From a virus (Duplodnaviria > Heunggongvirae > Uroviricota > Caudoviricetes): a stretch of 24,898 bases of DNA. Position 1 is the stretch's first letter. Each line of letters begins with the position of its first letter. The notes under the pieces are model-generated. The model was not told the DNA's origin, ran no database searches, and saw nothing but the letters and a program-made list of their open reading frames with translations. The stretch lies in the IMG/VR virus record IMGVR_UViG_2718218305_000013; one strand, written 5' to 3'. Positions 1-9,575 of this stretch are shown here, one piece after another. The position numbers and the translations under genes are program-made.

Positions 1-126
1 ATGTCTGCACCTGCATTGCCTGATGTCAGAACAGTGTTTTGATTAATTGCCAGGGTTACAATGGCACAAATGCGGCACAGGAGGAAACGTGGTGTATTTA
101 AATATGGGGTAACTACTTGATTTAAA

Positions 127-145
127 TGGTGCGATAATAGGAACC
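127..145 (-). repeat. Degenerate att-like copy of the tRNA-Thr 3' end; possible left boundary of the satellite
   Basis: tggtgcgataataggaacc matches the first 18 nt of the 13013-13058 tRNA-Thr fragment (tggtgccgataatagga) at 17/18 with a 1-nt gap; lies in an AT-rich non-coding leader. Confidence 0.3.
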
Positions 146-355
146 AATAATCGCCACCAACACAATGATTTTAATACATAAATTAAAATAGAAGATTTAA
201 ACTACACACACCCCTATACACATTGGTGAAGGCGTTCGCTTTCCGCGCATTCTCAAGGCAGAAAAAACTTTTTTTGGGGGAAAACTGTTCATACTACTCA
301 TTGTGTTTTTTTTCATTAATATTCAAAAAGATATGAAATTAACGATTGATAAGAA

Positions 356-376
356 GTGAACACTTTACTGTTCACC
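356..376. repeat. Inverted pair of P4 type I iteron-like octamers (GTGAACA...TGTTCACC), candidate alpha-binding site
   Basis: gtgaacactttactgttcacc read directly; TGTTCACC is, as I recall it, the iteron bound by P4 alpha in ori/crr. Confidence 0.35.
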
Positions 377-675
377 TTGACTGATTAATAAGTGCATAAA
401 AACCTAATTTTTGAGCACGGAAGGTATTTGTTCCTTACCCCATTTTTTCTCTTTAGTCCAGTACAACAAAAAATGCGCCCAACAGAAAACTGTTTTGAAT
501 TTAAATGCAATCGCTTTGTAGTGATTGTAACGTAAGTTGATTTGATGGGTGCGATTTTGTTTAGCGATAATGGTATGTTGTAAAAATCATTTCGTTGCAA
601 TAAAATTGCATCGCTACATTTTATAGACAATATCAATTAAATTTTAATACTCATTATTAATTTTGAGGCTAACAA

Positions 676-1632
676 GTGACTAGTTATTCAAACTTTTCCA
701 ATCAAATAAAAGAAACCATCAATAATAAATTCGATCATGAAATTCATGATTGGGACATTATAAAAAACTCAATCACAACTTTAATAAATAAAAATATCCA
801 TGGTGCAGGTAGAAATATCGTTGATTTTATAGATTTAGGTAACTGGGATTTTATTTCAAACTTTTCCTTTGATGACTCTACAAGAAGACTTGAATTAGAG
901 TGGCACCCCAATGATAAATTCCATATATATATTGAGTCCGTTGTGTTTGTCGAGTTTAATGACACTATATATGCTTTCTTAAAGGGATACTATCACAATC
1001 AGTTATCTCTAAATAGAATATATAATACAAAATGCTCTTCATGTTCATTTGAAAACTCAGGTTCTTATATGGTAGACGTTTATAGAACGGTTAAAAGAGT
1101 AAATGAGACAATCCAGACCCCAAATATAAATTGCTATACTACATGTATTTTAACAAGGCCCGCAAATGGTCATGTTACATCTACAGGCTTCTCACGAAAC
1201 CTCATGGATGCGATAAATATTTCATTAGCAGAGCACAAAATAGCCTCTTTACATAATGAAGTCATGAGTATTGAGGAATATGATCGTGATTCTTTACAAG
1301 AGAAAGGAAATACTGCCAGGAGATATTTAGAATATATTCTCATGCTTGTTAATATTCGTATAATGCATTTAAACAACGTTCAATACCAAGAGCAAATGCT
1401 AGGTAGTTTAGTTTCTGTTATTGAGGCTCTGGACTATGAACCATTAATGAAAAATGATGTTGAAATTACAAAGGACATCCTTAATGCTTGCAGCCACCAC
1501 GGGGGGGTTAGAATTGAAAAGAAAGATGTAATTTTTTCTTTGGAAGTTATTGAAAACTTAATTAAAGCCATAAAGAAAACCGACATAAATAAATTACAAC
1601 TCGATGGGATGTTTAAATCAATTCAAAAATAA
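676..1632 (+). CDS. Hypothetical protein, 318 aa, AT-rich cargo gene with no motif I recognise
   Basis: Uninterrupted ORF with GTG start and GAGG about 8 nt upstream; much lower GC than the adjacent alpha gene; convergent with alpha. Confidence 0.55.
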   Translation: MTSYSNFSNQIKETINNKFDHEIHDWDIIKNSITTLINKNIHGAGRNIVDFIDLGNWDFISNFSFDDSTRRLELEWHPNDKFHIYIESVVFVEFNDTIYAFLKGYYHNQLSLNRIYNTKCSSCSFENSGSYMVDVYRTVKRVNETIQTPNINCYTTCILTRPANGHVTSTGFSRNLMDAINISLAEHKIASLHNEVMSIEEYDRDSLQEKGNTARRYLEYILMLVNIRIMHLNNVQYQEQMLGSLVSVIEALDYEPLMKNDVEITKDILNACSHHGGVRIEKKDVIFSLEVIENLIKAIKKTDINKLQLDGMFKSIQK

Positions 1633-1735
1633 ACATCATCTAACAATGAATTAGATGCATTTTCCGCTGACGCCTTAGCATATAACTTTTAAATTTTATC
1701 GATATATATTTTGAGATAATTTCCTGTAGCGGATT

Positions 1736-1758
1736 TAAGACCGGCACAGCCGGTCTTA
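1736..1758. terminator. Hairpin between the convergent orf318 and alpha genes, possible bidirectional terminator
   Basis: 9-bp perfect inverted repeat taagaccgg/ccggtctta with 5-nt loop; T-rich tract on the plus side is weak. Confidence 0.35.
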
Positions 1759-1764
1759 GGTCAG

Positions 1765-4098
1765 TTATTTCGCTGCAAACTCATCGCATTTTGGCAACCA
1801 GTCAGCATTGCTTTCCTCTCTTAGGGCCAGATTAGTCTGCATTCCTTGATTGGTCCGTCGTTTCTCATACTGCAGCCCATATTCCTTGAGCATTAACGGT
1901 AGCCCCTTGCCAAACATGGTCAGACTGAGCGTATTTTTATAGCCGTTAGCCTCCATGTAGACCAGATAGGCATGGTAGAGGTAAGTTCGAGGCTGACGTG
2001 GAACAATATTAGCGTTCCCCATAAACATGCCCGTGGTGTCAGGTAGGACCTCAAGGTAGCCGCAAAAATCAAAAGCTGAATCAGCATCACGTTTGATGGT
2101 GAGCGCTTCATCGGAGTTCTGCTGTGACTGAAGCAATGTCCTGGCACTCATTGGGTCGCTGAAACGCTGCATAAGCTGGCGAACAATCACCGCTAGCTCA
2201 CTGGCAATTTTCTCTTTGAGCTGGGTATCGCGTTCCTCCGGGGCTATCTGGTCGGGGAAATGCAGGATCACCCTTCGGCGTGAAACTCCACCACTACGAT
2301 CAGTGAAGCGCATCGGATTATTGTTCACAGCCAGGATGACCGCCGGGATGTGGGTTGAATAGGCGTTCTGATATTTGGGATCAACGGATACCGCATCGCC
2401 GCCAGTGATGGCTTTTAGTCCGGCCCCGTCACCGCTCCACTTTTCCTGGTCGGGAAGTCGAATCAGTGAAAAACCTATTAACGCAGCTCGTTCTCTTGGC
2501 GACTCAAGCATTTCAATGGTTGCCGAGGTCGCGTTATCTTCACCCGCCAGCATGGTTGCTATTTCAGCAAGAATACTCTTTCCACTTCCGCCAGGGCCAG
2601 TGACCTCCAGAAACAGCTGCCAGTCATAACGGTTAGCCAGCACCATAAACAATGCAGCCAGAATAATGTCCCGTTTTTCAGGATTAAAACCTGCGGCACG
2701 ATCCAGCCAGCGCCAGAATGCCGGGGCATGGGTTTCCAGTGACTCACCGTCAACGGGCTGCGTGTAATCCACCTCGCACAGCGTACGTAACCAGTGCTTC
2801 TTATCGTGCGGGCTGAACAATCCTGTCCGGGTATCGAGCACACCGTTGCGAAATCCGATAAGTTGCCGCGCCGGATTCTGCTGTTGCGGAACGATCAGTT
2901 TGAGGGTTTCCACGAGAGACGCAATTTTCGCGGATGAAAAAGGTGCGTCGAGGCGCTGAAACAGCGCAGCGACATCACGGGCAAAATCGGCGTAATAGAT
3001 AACTTTCCAGGCCCCCGCCTCATAGCGTGAAAGGAGCTGCCCGTTCGGGTCTACTGCCAGTGAATTTTTATAGTGATCCACTACCCTCTGCGCTTTTTCG
3101 CTGACGCTCAGCGCGGTAAATTCAGCTTCGCTCATTGTGTCGAAGGGGCTGGCAACAGCTGGTTTTATTACTTCATGAATTGCATGCCGGGTGGCTTCTT
3201 CGCCGTTTTGCGTGAATGCATCGTTCCAGTCACCAAACACAGGCGGGAGCGCCATTGTGCAATTGCAGGCCCCGGTAACAGCTGCGCCCCTTGTTTGCCC
3301 CGCACCGTTGAGATCGCGGTCAGCAGCAATAATTATCTGGTGCGTTGGGTACTCACTGCAGGCAATGCTCGCCAGGGAAAGGAAATTGACGGACGAAAAG
3401 GCCACCATGACAGCATCGCCAGTCAGATAGTTGATAGTAAGTGCGGTGGCATATCCTTCCGCTATCCAGAGCCGTTTGGCTGCTTTGGCAGTACCTTCAA
3501 CCAGGTAAAAGGCATTCTTAACCTGACCGCCTTTAAGGAAGCATTTGCCCCCATTAGCGTTGATTAACTGCAGATTTACCAGCTCTCCATCTGCATACAA
3601 TGGAACGACAAGATCTCCCGCGCGAAATGCCACACCACCGACTTTATGCATAGCGGTTAATTCCCGGCAAGGCAGTGCAGGAAACCCTTTACTCGTCAGA
3701 TAGGCATTGCCAGTGGTCTGGCGGGACTTATCAAACAAACGGGCAGCCAGCACTGCTGCAGCTTTTCTCCCGTCCTCTTTTTCAGGAGAACCAGATTCAA
3801 GCATTCCCTGAGATACTGGCAGCAGGTTTCCGATAATGCCGTTTATTCTGTCTGCCGCTTCACTAATGCCTACATCCAGTACTTTACTTACAAGCGCCAG
3901 GCCATCACCTGCCCCGCACTGGTTACAGAACCACGTTCCCCGCCCTTCCTGGTCATCAAATCGAAAGCGGTCTTTCCCGGCACAGACCGGGCAGGGCTGG
4001 TGCCGATTTTTCAGTACATTTACGCCCAGCGCAGGTAAAATTCTTGACCAGTGACCCCGAGCTGCTTTCTCAGCCTGGCTAACTTTCATTCCTGACAT
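1765..4098 (-). CDS. alpha: P4 alpha-like primase/helicase (replication protein), 777 aa
   Basis: Start taken at internal ATG 4098 (MSGMKVSQ...), 13 nt downstream of the preceding gene; CPVCAGKDRFRF...CNQCG zinc-binding motif; Walker A GPGGSGKS; length and gene context match P4 alpha. Confidence 0.9.
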   Translation of the reverse strand: MSGMKVSQAEKAARGHWSRILPALGVNVLKNRHQPCPVCAGKDRFRFDDQEGRGTWFCNQCGAGDGLALVSKVLDVGISEAADRINGIIGNLLPVSQGMLESGSPEKEDGRKAAAVLAARLFDKSRQTTGNAYLTSKGFPALPCRELTAMHKVGGVAFRAGDLVVPLYADGELVNLQLINANGGKCFLKGGQVKNAFYLVEGTAKAAKRLWIAEGYATALTINYLTGDAVMVAFSSVNFLSLASIACSEYPTHQIIIAADRDLNGAGQTRGAAVTGACNCTMALPPVFGDWNDAFTQNGEEATRHAIHEVIKPAVASPFDTMSEAEFTALSVSEKAQRVVDHYKNSLAVDPNGQLLSRYEAGAWKVIYYADFARDVAALFQRLDAPFSSAKIASLVETLKLIVPQQQNPARQLIGFRNGVLDTRTGLFSPHDKKHWLRTLCEVDYTQPVDGESLETHAPAFWRWLDRAAGFNPEKRDIILAALFMVLANRYDWQLFLEVTGPGGSGKSILAEIATMLAGEDNATSATIEMLESPRERAALIGFSLIRLPDQEKWSGDGAGLKAITGGDAVSVDPKYQNAYSTHIPAVILAVNNNPMRFTDRSGGVSRRRVILHFPDQIAPEERDTQLKEKIASELAVIVRQLMQRFSDPMSARTLLQSQQNSDEALTIKRDADSAFDFCGYLEVLPDTTGMFMGNANIVPRQPRTYLYHAYLVYMEANGYKNTLSLTMFGKGLPLMLKEYGLQYEKRRTNQGMQTNLALREESNADWLPKCDEFAAK

Positions 4099-4111
4099 TG
4101 TGCGGCCCTCC

Positions 4112-4435
4112 TTAGTGCAGCGCTGGTTTGTTGAGGTGACGGGAACAAAGTTCATCCATGACCGTCATTCCGAGCAGTGAGAGAACCGGACAGGCTTTAA
4201 GCGGCCCCGACTCCATCAGATCCGAAAGCAACGCGCAGGCAATTTCCAGCCCTCTTTGCTGCCCATGCTGGCGCAGATAGAACCCTTCCAGCTCGCGGGC
4301 TATGGCATCTTCAAGTTCAGCGAGCGTCAGGCCGGAATAACGTTCCTGATGATTGCTTAGAGCCAGCCAGGCACAGGCAACGGCACGGCGATACAGAGCG
4401 GCACGAAGTGCCAGAAGAGATTCACAGCATATCAT
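4112..4435 (-). CDS. Hypothetical P4-like early-operon protein, 107 aa
   Basis: ATG at 4435 overlaps the upstream stop (TGATG); in an operon with alpha. Confidence 0.5.
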   Translation of the reverse strand: MICCESLLALRAALYRRAVACAWLALSNHQERYSGLTLAELEDAIARELEGFYLRQHGQQRGLEIACALLSDLMESGPLKACPVLSLLGMTVMDELCSRHLNKPALH

Positions 4436-4656
4436 CAGGCCACCTCCGCATTCATCAGGTCGTCATGGCAGCGTTGCACCACTCCATCCAGTTGCTCTGT
4501 CATCAGATAAATGAGGGAAACCAGTTGTTCGCATTGGGCACCTGCTGGCTTTTCATAACAGTCCTGCAGGACTGCCATGCCAGTTACATACTCACCCACA
4601 TTGCGTAAATGTTTCAGCCTTACAACATCGTCGTAGGAAATCTCAAACTGGTTCAT
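4435..4656 (-). CDS. Hypothetical small protein, 73 aa
   Basis: ATG at 4656 overlaps the upstream gene's stop (ATGA); translationally coupled chain leading to alpha. Confidence 0.5.
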   Translation of the reverse strand: MNQFEISYDDVVRLKHLRNVGEYVTGMAVLQDCYEKPAGAQCEQLVSLIYLMTEQLDGVVQRCHDDLMNAEVA

Positions 4657-4847
4657 AGCGTCACCTCCCCGGCAGGCAGCCGTGCAGAAAGGGAGAGTAC
4701 ATAATCTCGGACTAGCAAACGGCGCGCGGAACGCTCATCGCAGGAGACAGTGCGAAGCATACAGATGCGGGGGTGAGTGTCAGCACGGCGGATTGCGGCA
4801 AACACAAAGACATATTGCGGGTGTGACGGGGTGAGGATTGTAGCCAT
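4653..4847 (-). CDS. Hypothetical small protein, 64 aa (only the 3' part of the 185-codon ORF 4653..5210)
   Basis: ATG verified at 4847 ([11 protein letters not shown]...); the upstream 120 codons of the long ORF look non-coding (GC-rich hairpins). Confidence 0.45.
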   Translation of the reverse strand: MATILTPSHPQYVFVFAAIRRADTHPRICMLRTVSCDERSARRLLVRDYVLSLSARLPAGEVTL

Positions 4848-5206
4848 GATGGCAGCCTCCAATAAGTAGCGGTTATTGCTACCACCGGAAACGCCAATTT
4901 CACTGGTGGCAGCCCGAACGGGGTTGGCGTAACCGGCCTTATTGGAAACCGGCCAGCCCGAAGGCTGCCCCGCCCGGACTACCATTATCTCGATAGAACC
5001 ATGGTGTAAGCATAAACACCACAGCCCTGAAAATGGTTGTGCCTGAGCTACGACGTAAAAAAAGACGCAAGGGGCGTCAATTGTCGCCAATAAGTTATAC
5101 GGAACGCCAATTCCGGCTGCCGATTTTGCGACAGCGGAAAAACTATACCTGGAAATGACGACAGTAAGCAAGCCAGAATAAAGGTATTTAATGTATGCAG
5201 GTATCA

Positions 5207-5467
5207 TCATGCATCACATCCCCGCCCACGGGCGCTGATGCGGTCCGCCATCCATGCGCTGACCTCAGACTGTGCCCAGGCGACATTTTTACCGCCAAGC
5301 GGGATCTGCTTCGGAAACGCATCGCGGCTGATCAGGTCGTAAACGGTCGAACGGGACAACCCGCATAAGTGCATCACCTCAGGCAGGCGTAAAAATCGCT
5401 CATGATGGTTCGATACAGGAAATAATGGCGCAGCAGGAGCTGGCGCAGACACAGAAATATTACGCAT
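5207..5467 (-). CDS. alpA: AlpA-family (phage AlpA/Vis-like) HTH transcriptional regulator
   Basis: ERFLRLPEV...[11 protein letters not shown]...FPKQI motif typical of AlpA; ATG at 5467; sits at the head of the alpha operon. Confidence 0.75.
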   Translation of the reverse strand: MRNISVSAPAPAAPLFPVSNHHERFLRLPEVMHLCGLSRSTVYDLISRDAFPKQIPLGGKNVAWAQSEVSAWMADRISARGRGCDA

Positions 5468-6020
5468 TTATCTACCCTCTTTAATTTCCACAACAGTCCG
5501 GATGAATTTATCCGGGTTCAGGTAGTTCCTTATTATGTGTATATAAACCACCTGCGCACGCATTTTTTATTTAGCGTCACATATTGATTTTATGGAATTT
5601 AAAGCCCGATTAAACCATATAAAATGACATAATAAATACCATGCCTGCGGACTATAAATACAGGAGCATTAATAGGAACTACCATTCACCCAGGGTTTAC
5701 TATCCTATGGGTCATTGCACCTGATAGTGCTAACCCCACCGCCAATACAGCAAGGCAGTACAACTTCTACACGAGGCCTTGCATTGCAGGCCCCAATTTC
5801 CGGGCATATTTTTGAATCGCATCCAACTTATAAACATTGGGCCTGCATAAAAACCTTGATATTAAATAACATCACCTTAAATCGTAAAATATATCCGAAT
5901 GAATCCATAAAGAACCGGACAGATCTAGTTTTATAAAAATCAGTATGAAATGCAACACCATGGCCAGAGGCGAAAATGTTATTCCCCGGCAAAAACATGC
6001 AGTCTATTTATGTGCCTGTT

Positions 6021-6234
6021 GAATACTCCTGAATAAGGGTGAATAGTGGTGAGGAGCAAAAAACAAATAGCTACGAGGAATAAAAAAACCACCCATTATG
6101 AAAAAATACCATAAATAATTTTATTCCCATGTGAACAGTTATGAACAGTCGATGAATACTGCCATGCCAACCCTTCACCTTATAACCTTCTGTATTACCT
6201 ATTTTTTTTACCTAAGTGAATAGTAGTGAATAGT
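6021..6234. repeat. Cluster of at least 8 degenerate TGAA(T/C)A(G/C)T repeats, three containing GTGAACA; candidate satellite ori/crr
   Basis: Copies read near 6021, 6031, 6040, 6131, 6142, 6153, 6217 and 6226; non-coding region between the alpA operon and the sid operon. Confidence 0.4.
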
Positions 6235-6312
6235 TAAGGTAAGTCTGAAACAGCCTTAGTTAAACGAGGCCTTTTCTGGCTAGCCAAAAGAGGTCCGGGG
6301 CGGTTCAGTCTT

Positions 6313-6330
6313 TGTCTTGTCGCTCGCACA
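6313..6330 (+). promoter_or_regulatory. P2/P4-type late promoter activator site (TGT-N12-ACA) upstream of the sid operon
   Basis: tgtcttgtcgctcgcaca, about 70-90 nt upstream of the sid ATG at 6401; this dyad is the Ogr/Delta-dependent late-promoter element. Confidence 0.5.
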
Positions 6331-6400
6331 ATGGCGTTCAATGGCAGCTTTGTATGCATCACAGCACAATTGACACCACGACAAACCACTAGGTGCTGAC

Positions 6401-7153
6401 ATGACAATCCCAGAACAGAACAATAACCCGATCGTTGAAATTTCTATCCCTGTTTCGACGCAACAGGCGCTTGAGAAAGTGAATGCCACCAAATCTGCAT
6501 GGCTTGAAGCACGTCGTCAGCAAAAAGCGGCAGCGGATAATATTGCGACAATCCGCCAGCGCCGCGCTGAAATGGAAGCCACGACGAACGCCCTGAATGA
6601 GGAGTGGCGCACGCTATTTCGTGAAAGTCAGGGCGTAGTCTCAAAGGAAATGAAAAAACTGCGCACGGAAATTGCGCTGGGACGAGAAACGCTTGAGGAT
6701 TTTGATGAGCTGCTGGCGGCTCAGGAAAGCGAAAATGCACTTTTGCCGCAGGAGGCTGCGGAATTAGCCGGAAAGTATATCCACGCGCACGACACCCTTG
6801 TGGGTATTCGCGCAAAACAAATCTGGGAAGATTTTATGCAGTCGCATGGAAAAGCACTAATCCAGACACTAAGCCTGCTCAAATCAACAATGGGCAGGGA
6901 AGCCAGCGCAGTTGTCGGTGTGGTGCATTCAGTTAATGACCCGGACACACTGCTGAAAGATTTTATTCATAAACATATCACCAGACCGGCTCTGACTAAC
7001 GATGCGATGCCCGAACAGGACCCCGTGTTTAAACTGGCGGGAGTTGCCCCGGATTATGCGGCCCGTCTGGATTTCAGTAATAAACTCTCTCCAGCAGCTA
7101 TGCATAAAATGAAGGTTCGTCAGGAACGTGCTGAGAAGGAGAAAGCAGTATGA
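6401..7153 (+). CDS. sid: Sid-like capsid size-determination protein (putative), 250 aa
   Basis: First gene of the late operon, ATGA overlap with the next gene; size and position as P4 sid; shares KSAWLEARRQ / EDFMQSHGKAL-type segments with the Psu-like protein. Confidence 0.5.
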   Translation: MTIPEQNNNPIVEISIPVSTQQALEKVNATKSAWLEARRQQKAAADNIATIRQRRAEMEATTNALNEEWRTLFRESQGVVSKEMKKLRTEIALGRETLEDFDELLAAQESENALLPQEAAELAGKYIHAHDTLVGIRAKQIWEDFMQSHGKALIQTLSLLKSTMGREASAVVGVVHSVNDPDTLLKDFIHKHITRPALTNDAMPEQDPVFKLAGVAPDYAARLDFSNKLSPAAMHKMKVRQERAEKEKAV

Positions 7154-7701
7154 TGGCCCGAGTCACTCCAGACCAAGCGCTTATCAGTTTTAGAAATGCC
7201 CGTATTCTGTGGGCTGGACATAGTGAGAGCCGAAAAGCCGTTGAACAACAGATAGAATCACTCCTCACTGCCATGGAAAAACCAGCAGATTATGCTCGAC
7301 AGCTCGAATTACAGCGGGAACATCTGGATGTGCTGAAATGGCAAATTAACTGTGCTGCGCGCGAATGCATTTACTCGCAGCATCAACTGATGGAGGCCTG
7401 CACAGAAGACGCTCTCAGCAATTTTATGCAGGCGAATGGAGCAGCCCTGACATCTGCACTGGCTCCGTTCCTGAAGGGGCGCGGAGGGGTTGACGTTGCG
7501 TCCCGTATATTACGCAATGCTCTGGTTCGCCAGCTGGCAATAACACCGCCTGAAATTGCCGGGGATTATCGTATGATTCTGGATGAATCCGGTGTGATGC
7601 CTGACCCCATGATGGTTCGTGATTGCCAGAGCTCTTACACCCCTGCACAACAACTGCGCTTTCAGCAACGTCTGGATTACATTAACGGCATGCAGGAGTA
7701 A
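7150..7701 (+). CDS. psu: Psu-like polarity-suppression / capsid-decoration protein, 183 aa
   Basis: Segments KWQINCAA, FMQANGAALTSALAPFL and YTPAQQ resemble P4 Psu as I remember it; size matches. Confidence 0.65.
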   Translation: MMARVTPDQALISFRNARILWAGHSESRKAVEQQIESLLTAMEKPADYARQLELQREHLDVLKWQINCAARECIYSQHQLMEACTEDALSNFMQANGAALTSALAPFLKGRGGVDVASRILRNALVRQLAITPPEIAGDYRMILDESGVMPDPMMVRDCQSSYTPAQQLRFQQRLDYINGMQE

Positions 7702-7706
7702 TATTA

Positions 7707-7979
7707 ATGGCACTTAAATGTCCCGAATGCGGTACGACGGCACACGCCAGAACCTCCGCCTATGAAGCACCATCGGTTAAACGCTCATGGTATCAGTGCC
7801 AGAATCTTGAATGTTCCTACACATTTACCGCACTGGAAAGTGTGGATACGATAATCATGAAGCCCCGGCGCAATGAACAGGAATCAGAGAAAGCACAAAT
7901 GCCGGAAAAACAACAGCAAACTCTCAATCGCTATGGCTCCGCGTCAAAGCTGTCAAGCCGTCAGCAAATTCCTGTCTGA
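7707..7979 (+). CDS. delta: Ogr/Delta-family zinc-finger late-gene transcriptional activator, 90 aa
   Basis: MALKCPECGTTAHARTS...YQCQNLECSYTFTALESV is the classic Ogr/Delta Cys4 motif. Confidence 0.85.
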   Translation: MALKCPECGTTAHARTSAYEAPSVKRSWYQCQNLECSYTFTALESVDTIIMKPRRNEQESEKAQMPEKQQQTLNRYGSASKLSSRQQIPV

Positions 7980-8000
7980 TTAGCAAAAAAAGCCCACGTA

Positions 8001-8027
8001 ATCCCGGTCCAGTACTGGGATTTTTTA
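8001..8027 (+). terminator. Rho-independent terminator of the sid-psu-delta operon
   Basis: GC-rich hairpin (atcccggtccagtactgggat) followed by T6, 22 nt after the delta stop. Confidence 0.6.
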
Positions 8028-8332
8028 CGCCTTTTCCCTGGCTGGCCTGAGAGCGCATGAGTGCATGTCTATAGCGCATGAAAACGCATGATTCTCATGC
8101 ACCATTTTTGACGCGAAAGCCCTTGTGTGGTGGCTTCTGAGACGATTTGCGGAATGCATGAAAACCAGTCTGTTAAGCGAAGCGAGCAGGCGTGGGGGGC
8201 TGCGCGCGCTAAGGGGTTAGATTATAAAATATCAAACGCCGGTGAGATCCATTATTGTGGAACCACCCGAAGGAAGTGTAGAGGCGAAAGTACCCAAAAT
8301 AATTTTGCAAATTATTTAGAAATGAACTGAGC

Positions 8333-8358
8333 GCTCGAAACGAAATATAATTTCGAGC
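8333..8358 (-). terminator. Hairpin downstream of the cassette's last gene, candidate terminator
   Basis: 8-bp perfect stem gctcgaaa/tttcgagc about 30 nt beyond the stop at 8389; only a modest U-rich tail on the minus strand. Confidence 0.35.
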
Positions 8359-8388
8359 ACCCCAATTAGCAGTTATATTTTTAATGTA

Positions 8389-8955
8389 TTAAACAGGATA
8401 AAAACCAGAGCTTCCATTCTTATTTAAGTTATGGATTTTATTTGCATCATTAATTTTTATTTGGAACGTCGGACCTTTATTCTCAAGAATTACAATCTGG
8501 AAATTATAGTCCCTTTTGATTAATGCGTGATAAAATGAATCACTGAGACTGACGCTATTAACATCCGATAGAGAACCCCCTCTATCTTTATCAAAGTGCG
8601 TCACTAATGGACTATCAAGCACAACAAATCCAATGAATGGATTCCCTTTTCTTGATAAAAATTCCGCAAAGCAAATGGTAAATATAGCATGCATTACTGC
8701 ACGGGTACCTTTACCAAACATTCCTCGGCGTTTCCCATTGATATTAAAGTCATATGTATCTTCGTCAAATCGCACTTTGTTATCTTTAGAATTTTCAAAA
8801 TTTATATCATTCAAAAAGTCTTGCATCGCTATTTCTATATCATACAAATCAGCTACTGTTAAGGAGTCAAAGTCCTCGGCGGAGTATTTAAGTTCGTCAA
8901 CATCATCTTCTTTATCTTGTAATGAAGATAGAATGCTATGTTTTGTGTGATCCAT
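8389..8955 (-). CDS. Cassette gene F: C-terminal ABC/SMC-like ATPase head (Walker B region), 188 aa
   Basis: FIGFVVLDSPLVTHFD (Walker B-like hhhhDsP plus D-loop) preceded by a GKGTRAVMHAIF signature-like segment; ATG overlaps the E stop (TAATG); very AT-rich. Confidence 0.6.
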   Translation of the reverse strand: MDHTKHSILSSLQDKEDDVDELKYSAEDFDSLTVADLYDIEIAMQDFLNDINFENSKDNKVRFDEDTYDFNINGKRRGMFGKGTRAVMHAIFTICFAEFLSRKGNPFIGFVVLDSPLVTHFDKDRGGSLSDVNSVSLSDSFYHALIKRDYNFQIVILENKGPTFQIKINDANKIHNLNKNGSSGFYPV

Positions 8956-9545
8956 TAAAAGATTGTCTTTATATTCATAAAGTGATTCAAGAGATGAATG
9001 TATTGTTTTATATTTTTATCTTCTAACGTCTTAAAATCACTTTTTTCTGATTGATAAATTTCATTAACATCATTTTTTCTTAACATAATTAATTCATGTT
9101 CGCGAACATTAGATCCGATTGATTCAATTAATCCTTTCAGCTGGCTTTTGATTTTCAATTTTTCTGCATTACACGACAAAAAACAATCATCATATGATAT
9201 TTCATTTTCTTTTTTTTGCGGTGTATTACAGAACTCACAATAAATATCTGCAAAATTATTTAAATAGAAATTCGCCTGTGATACAACATCTATTCTTTGT
9301 AGATCTATAAAGTATTGGTCTTTAAGAAGACTAAATCTTTCAATGAGTAATGATAAGTATTTTTCCCTGTCACTGATTGAATATAATTCATCACTTAACT
9401 CTTTTAATAATTGCTTCTTATCATCAAGTGCATCAACAATACCTTTCAATATATCTTTCGATGATTCAATATCTTGCTCTACTTTCTCAAGTTCTCTTGA
9501 AACAATGACTTGATCATATTCAGGATAAATTAATTGCGCTTTCAA
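8955..9545 (-). CDS. Cassette gene E: coiled-coil segment of the SMC-like ATPase; in frame with D across a single TAA
   Basis: Heptad-rich, charged sequence; the track start is TTG with no usable RBS; the D frame continues into E across one in-frame TAA at 9576-9578. Confidence 0.5.
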   Translation of the reverse strand: MKAQLIYPEYDQVIVSRELEKVEQDIESSKDILKGIVDALDDKKQLLKELSDELYSISDREKYLSLLIERFSLLKDQYFIDLQRIDVVSQANFYLNNFADIYCEFCNTPQKKENEISYDDCFLSCNAEKLKIKSQLKGLIESIGSNVREHELIMLRKNDVNEIYQSEKSDFKTLEDKNIKQYIHLLNHFMNIKTIF

Positions 9546-9575
9546 TTCCTCATAAATATTTGCAATTTGATTTTT

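Noticed and set aside
385-636. 83-aa minus-strand ORF in the AT-rich leader
   Set aside because: No RBS or motif; lies in a low-complexity AT-rich non-coding region; likely spurious.
2375-3567. Several 70-164 aa ORFs overlapping or antisense to alpha
   Set aside because: All embedded within the well-supported 777-aa alpha gene.
4848-5210. N-terminal 120 codons of the 185-aa track ORF 4653..5210, and possible structured RNA in this gap
   Set aside because: Composition and GC-rich inverted repeats (for example cagcc-cgaa-ggctg) look non-coding; only the 3' 64 codons have a proper ATG and coupling. An sRNA is possible but I cannot support it from sequence alone.
5715-5936. 73-aa plus-strand ORF in the satellite control region
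   Set aside because: No RBS, lies in the intergenic regulatory region, atypical composition; probably not a gene.
8127-8330. 67-aa ORF and possible P2/P4 cos site between delta and the cassette
   Set aside because: The ORF has no start context. The stretch ggcgtggggggctgcgcgc matches the 19-nt P2/P4 cohesive end (GGCGAGGCGGGGAAAGCAC, from memory) at only about 11/19, too weak to call cos.
8633-8950. 105-aa plus-strand ORF antisense to cassette gene F
   Set aside because: Entirely embedded antisense in a better-supported gene; AT-rich frames readily give spurious antisense ORFs.
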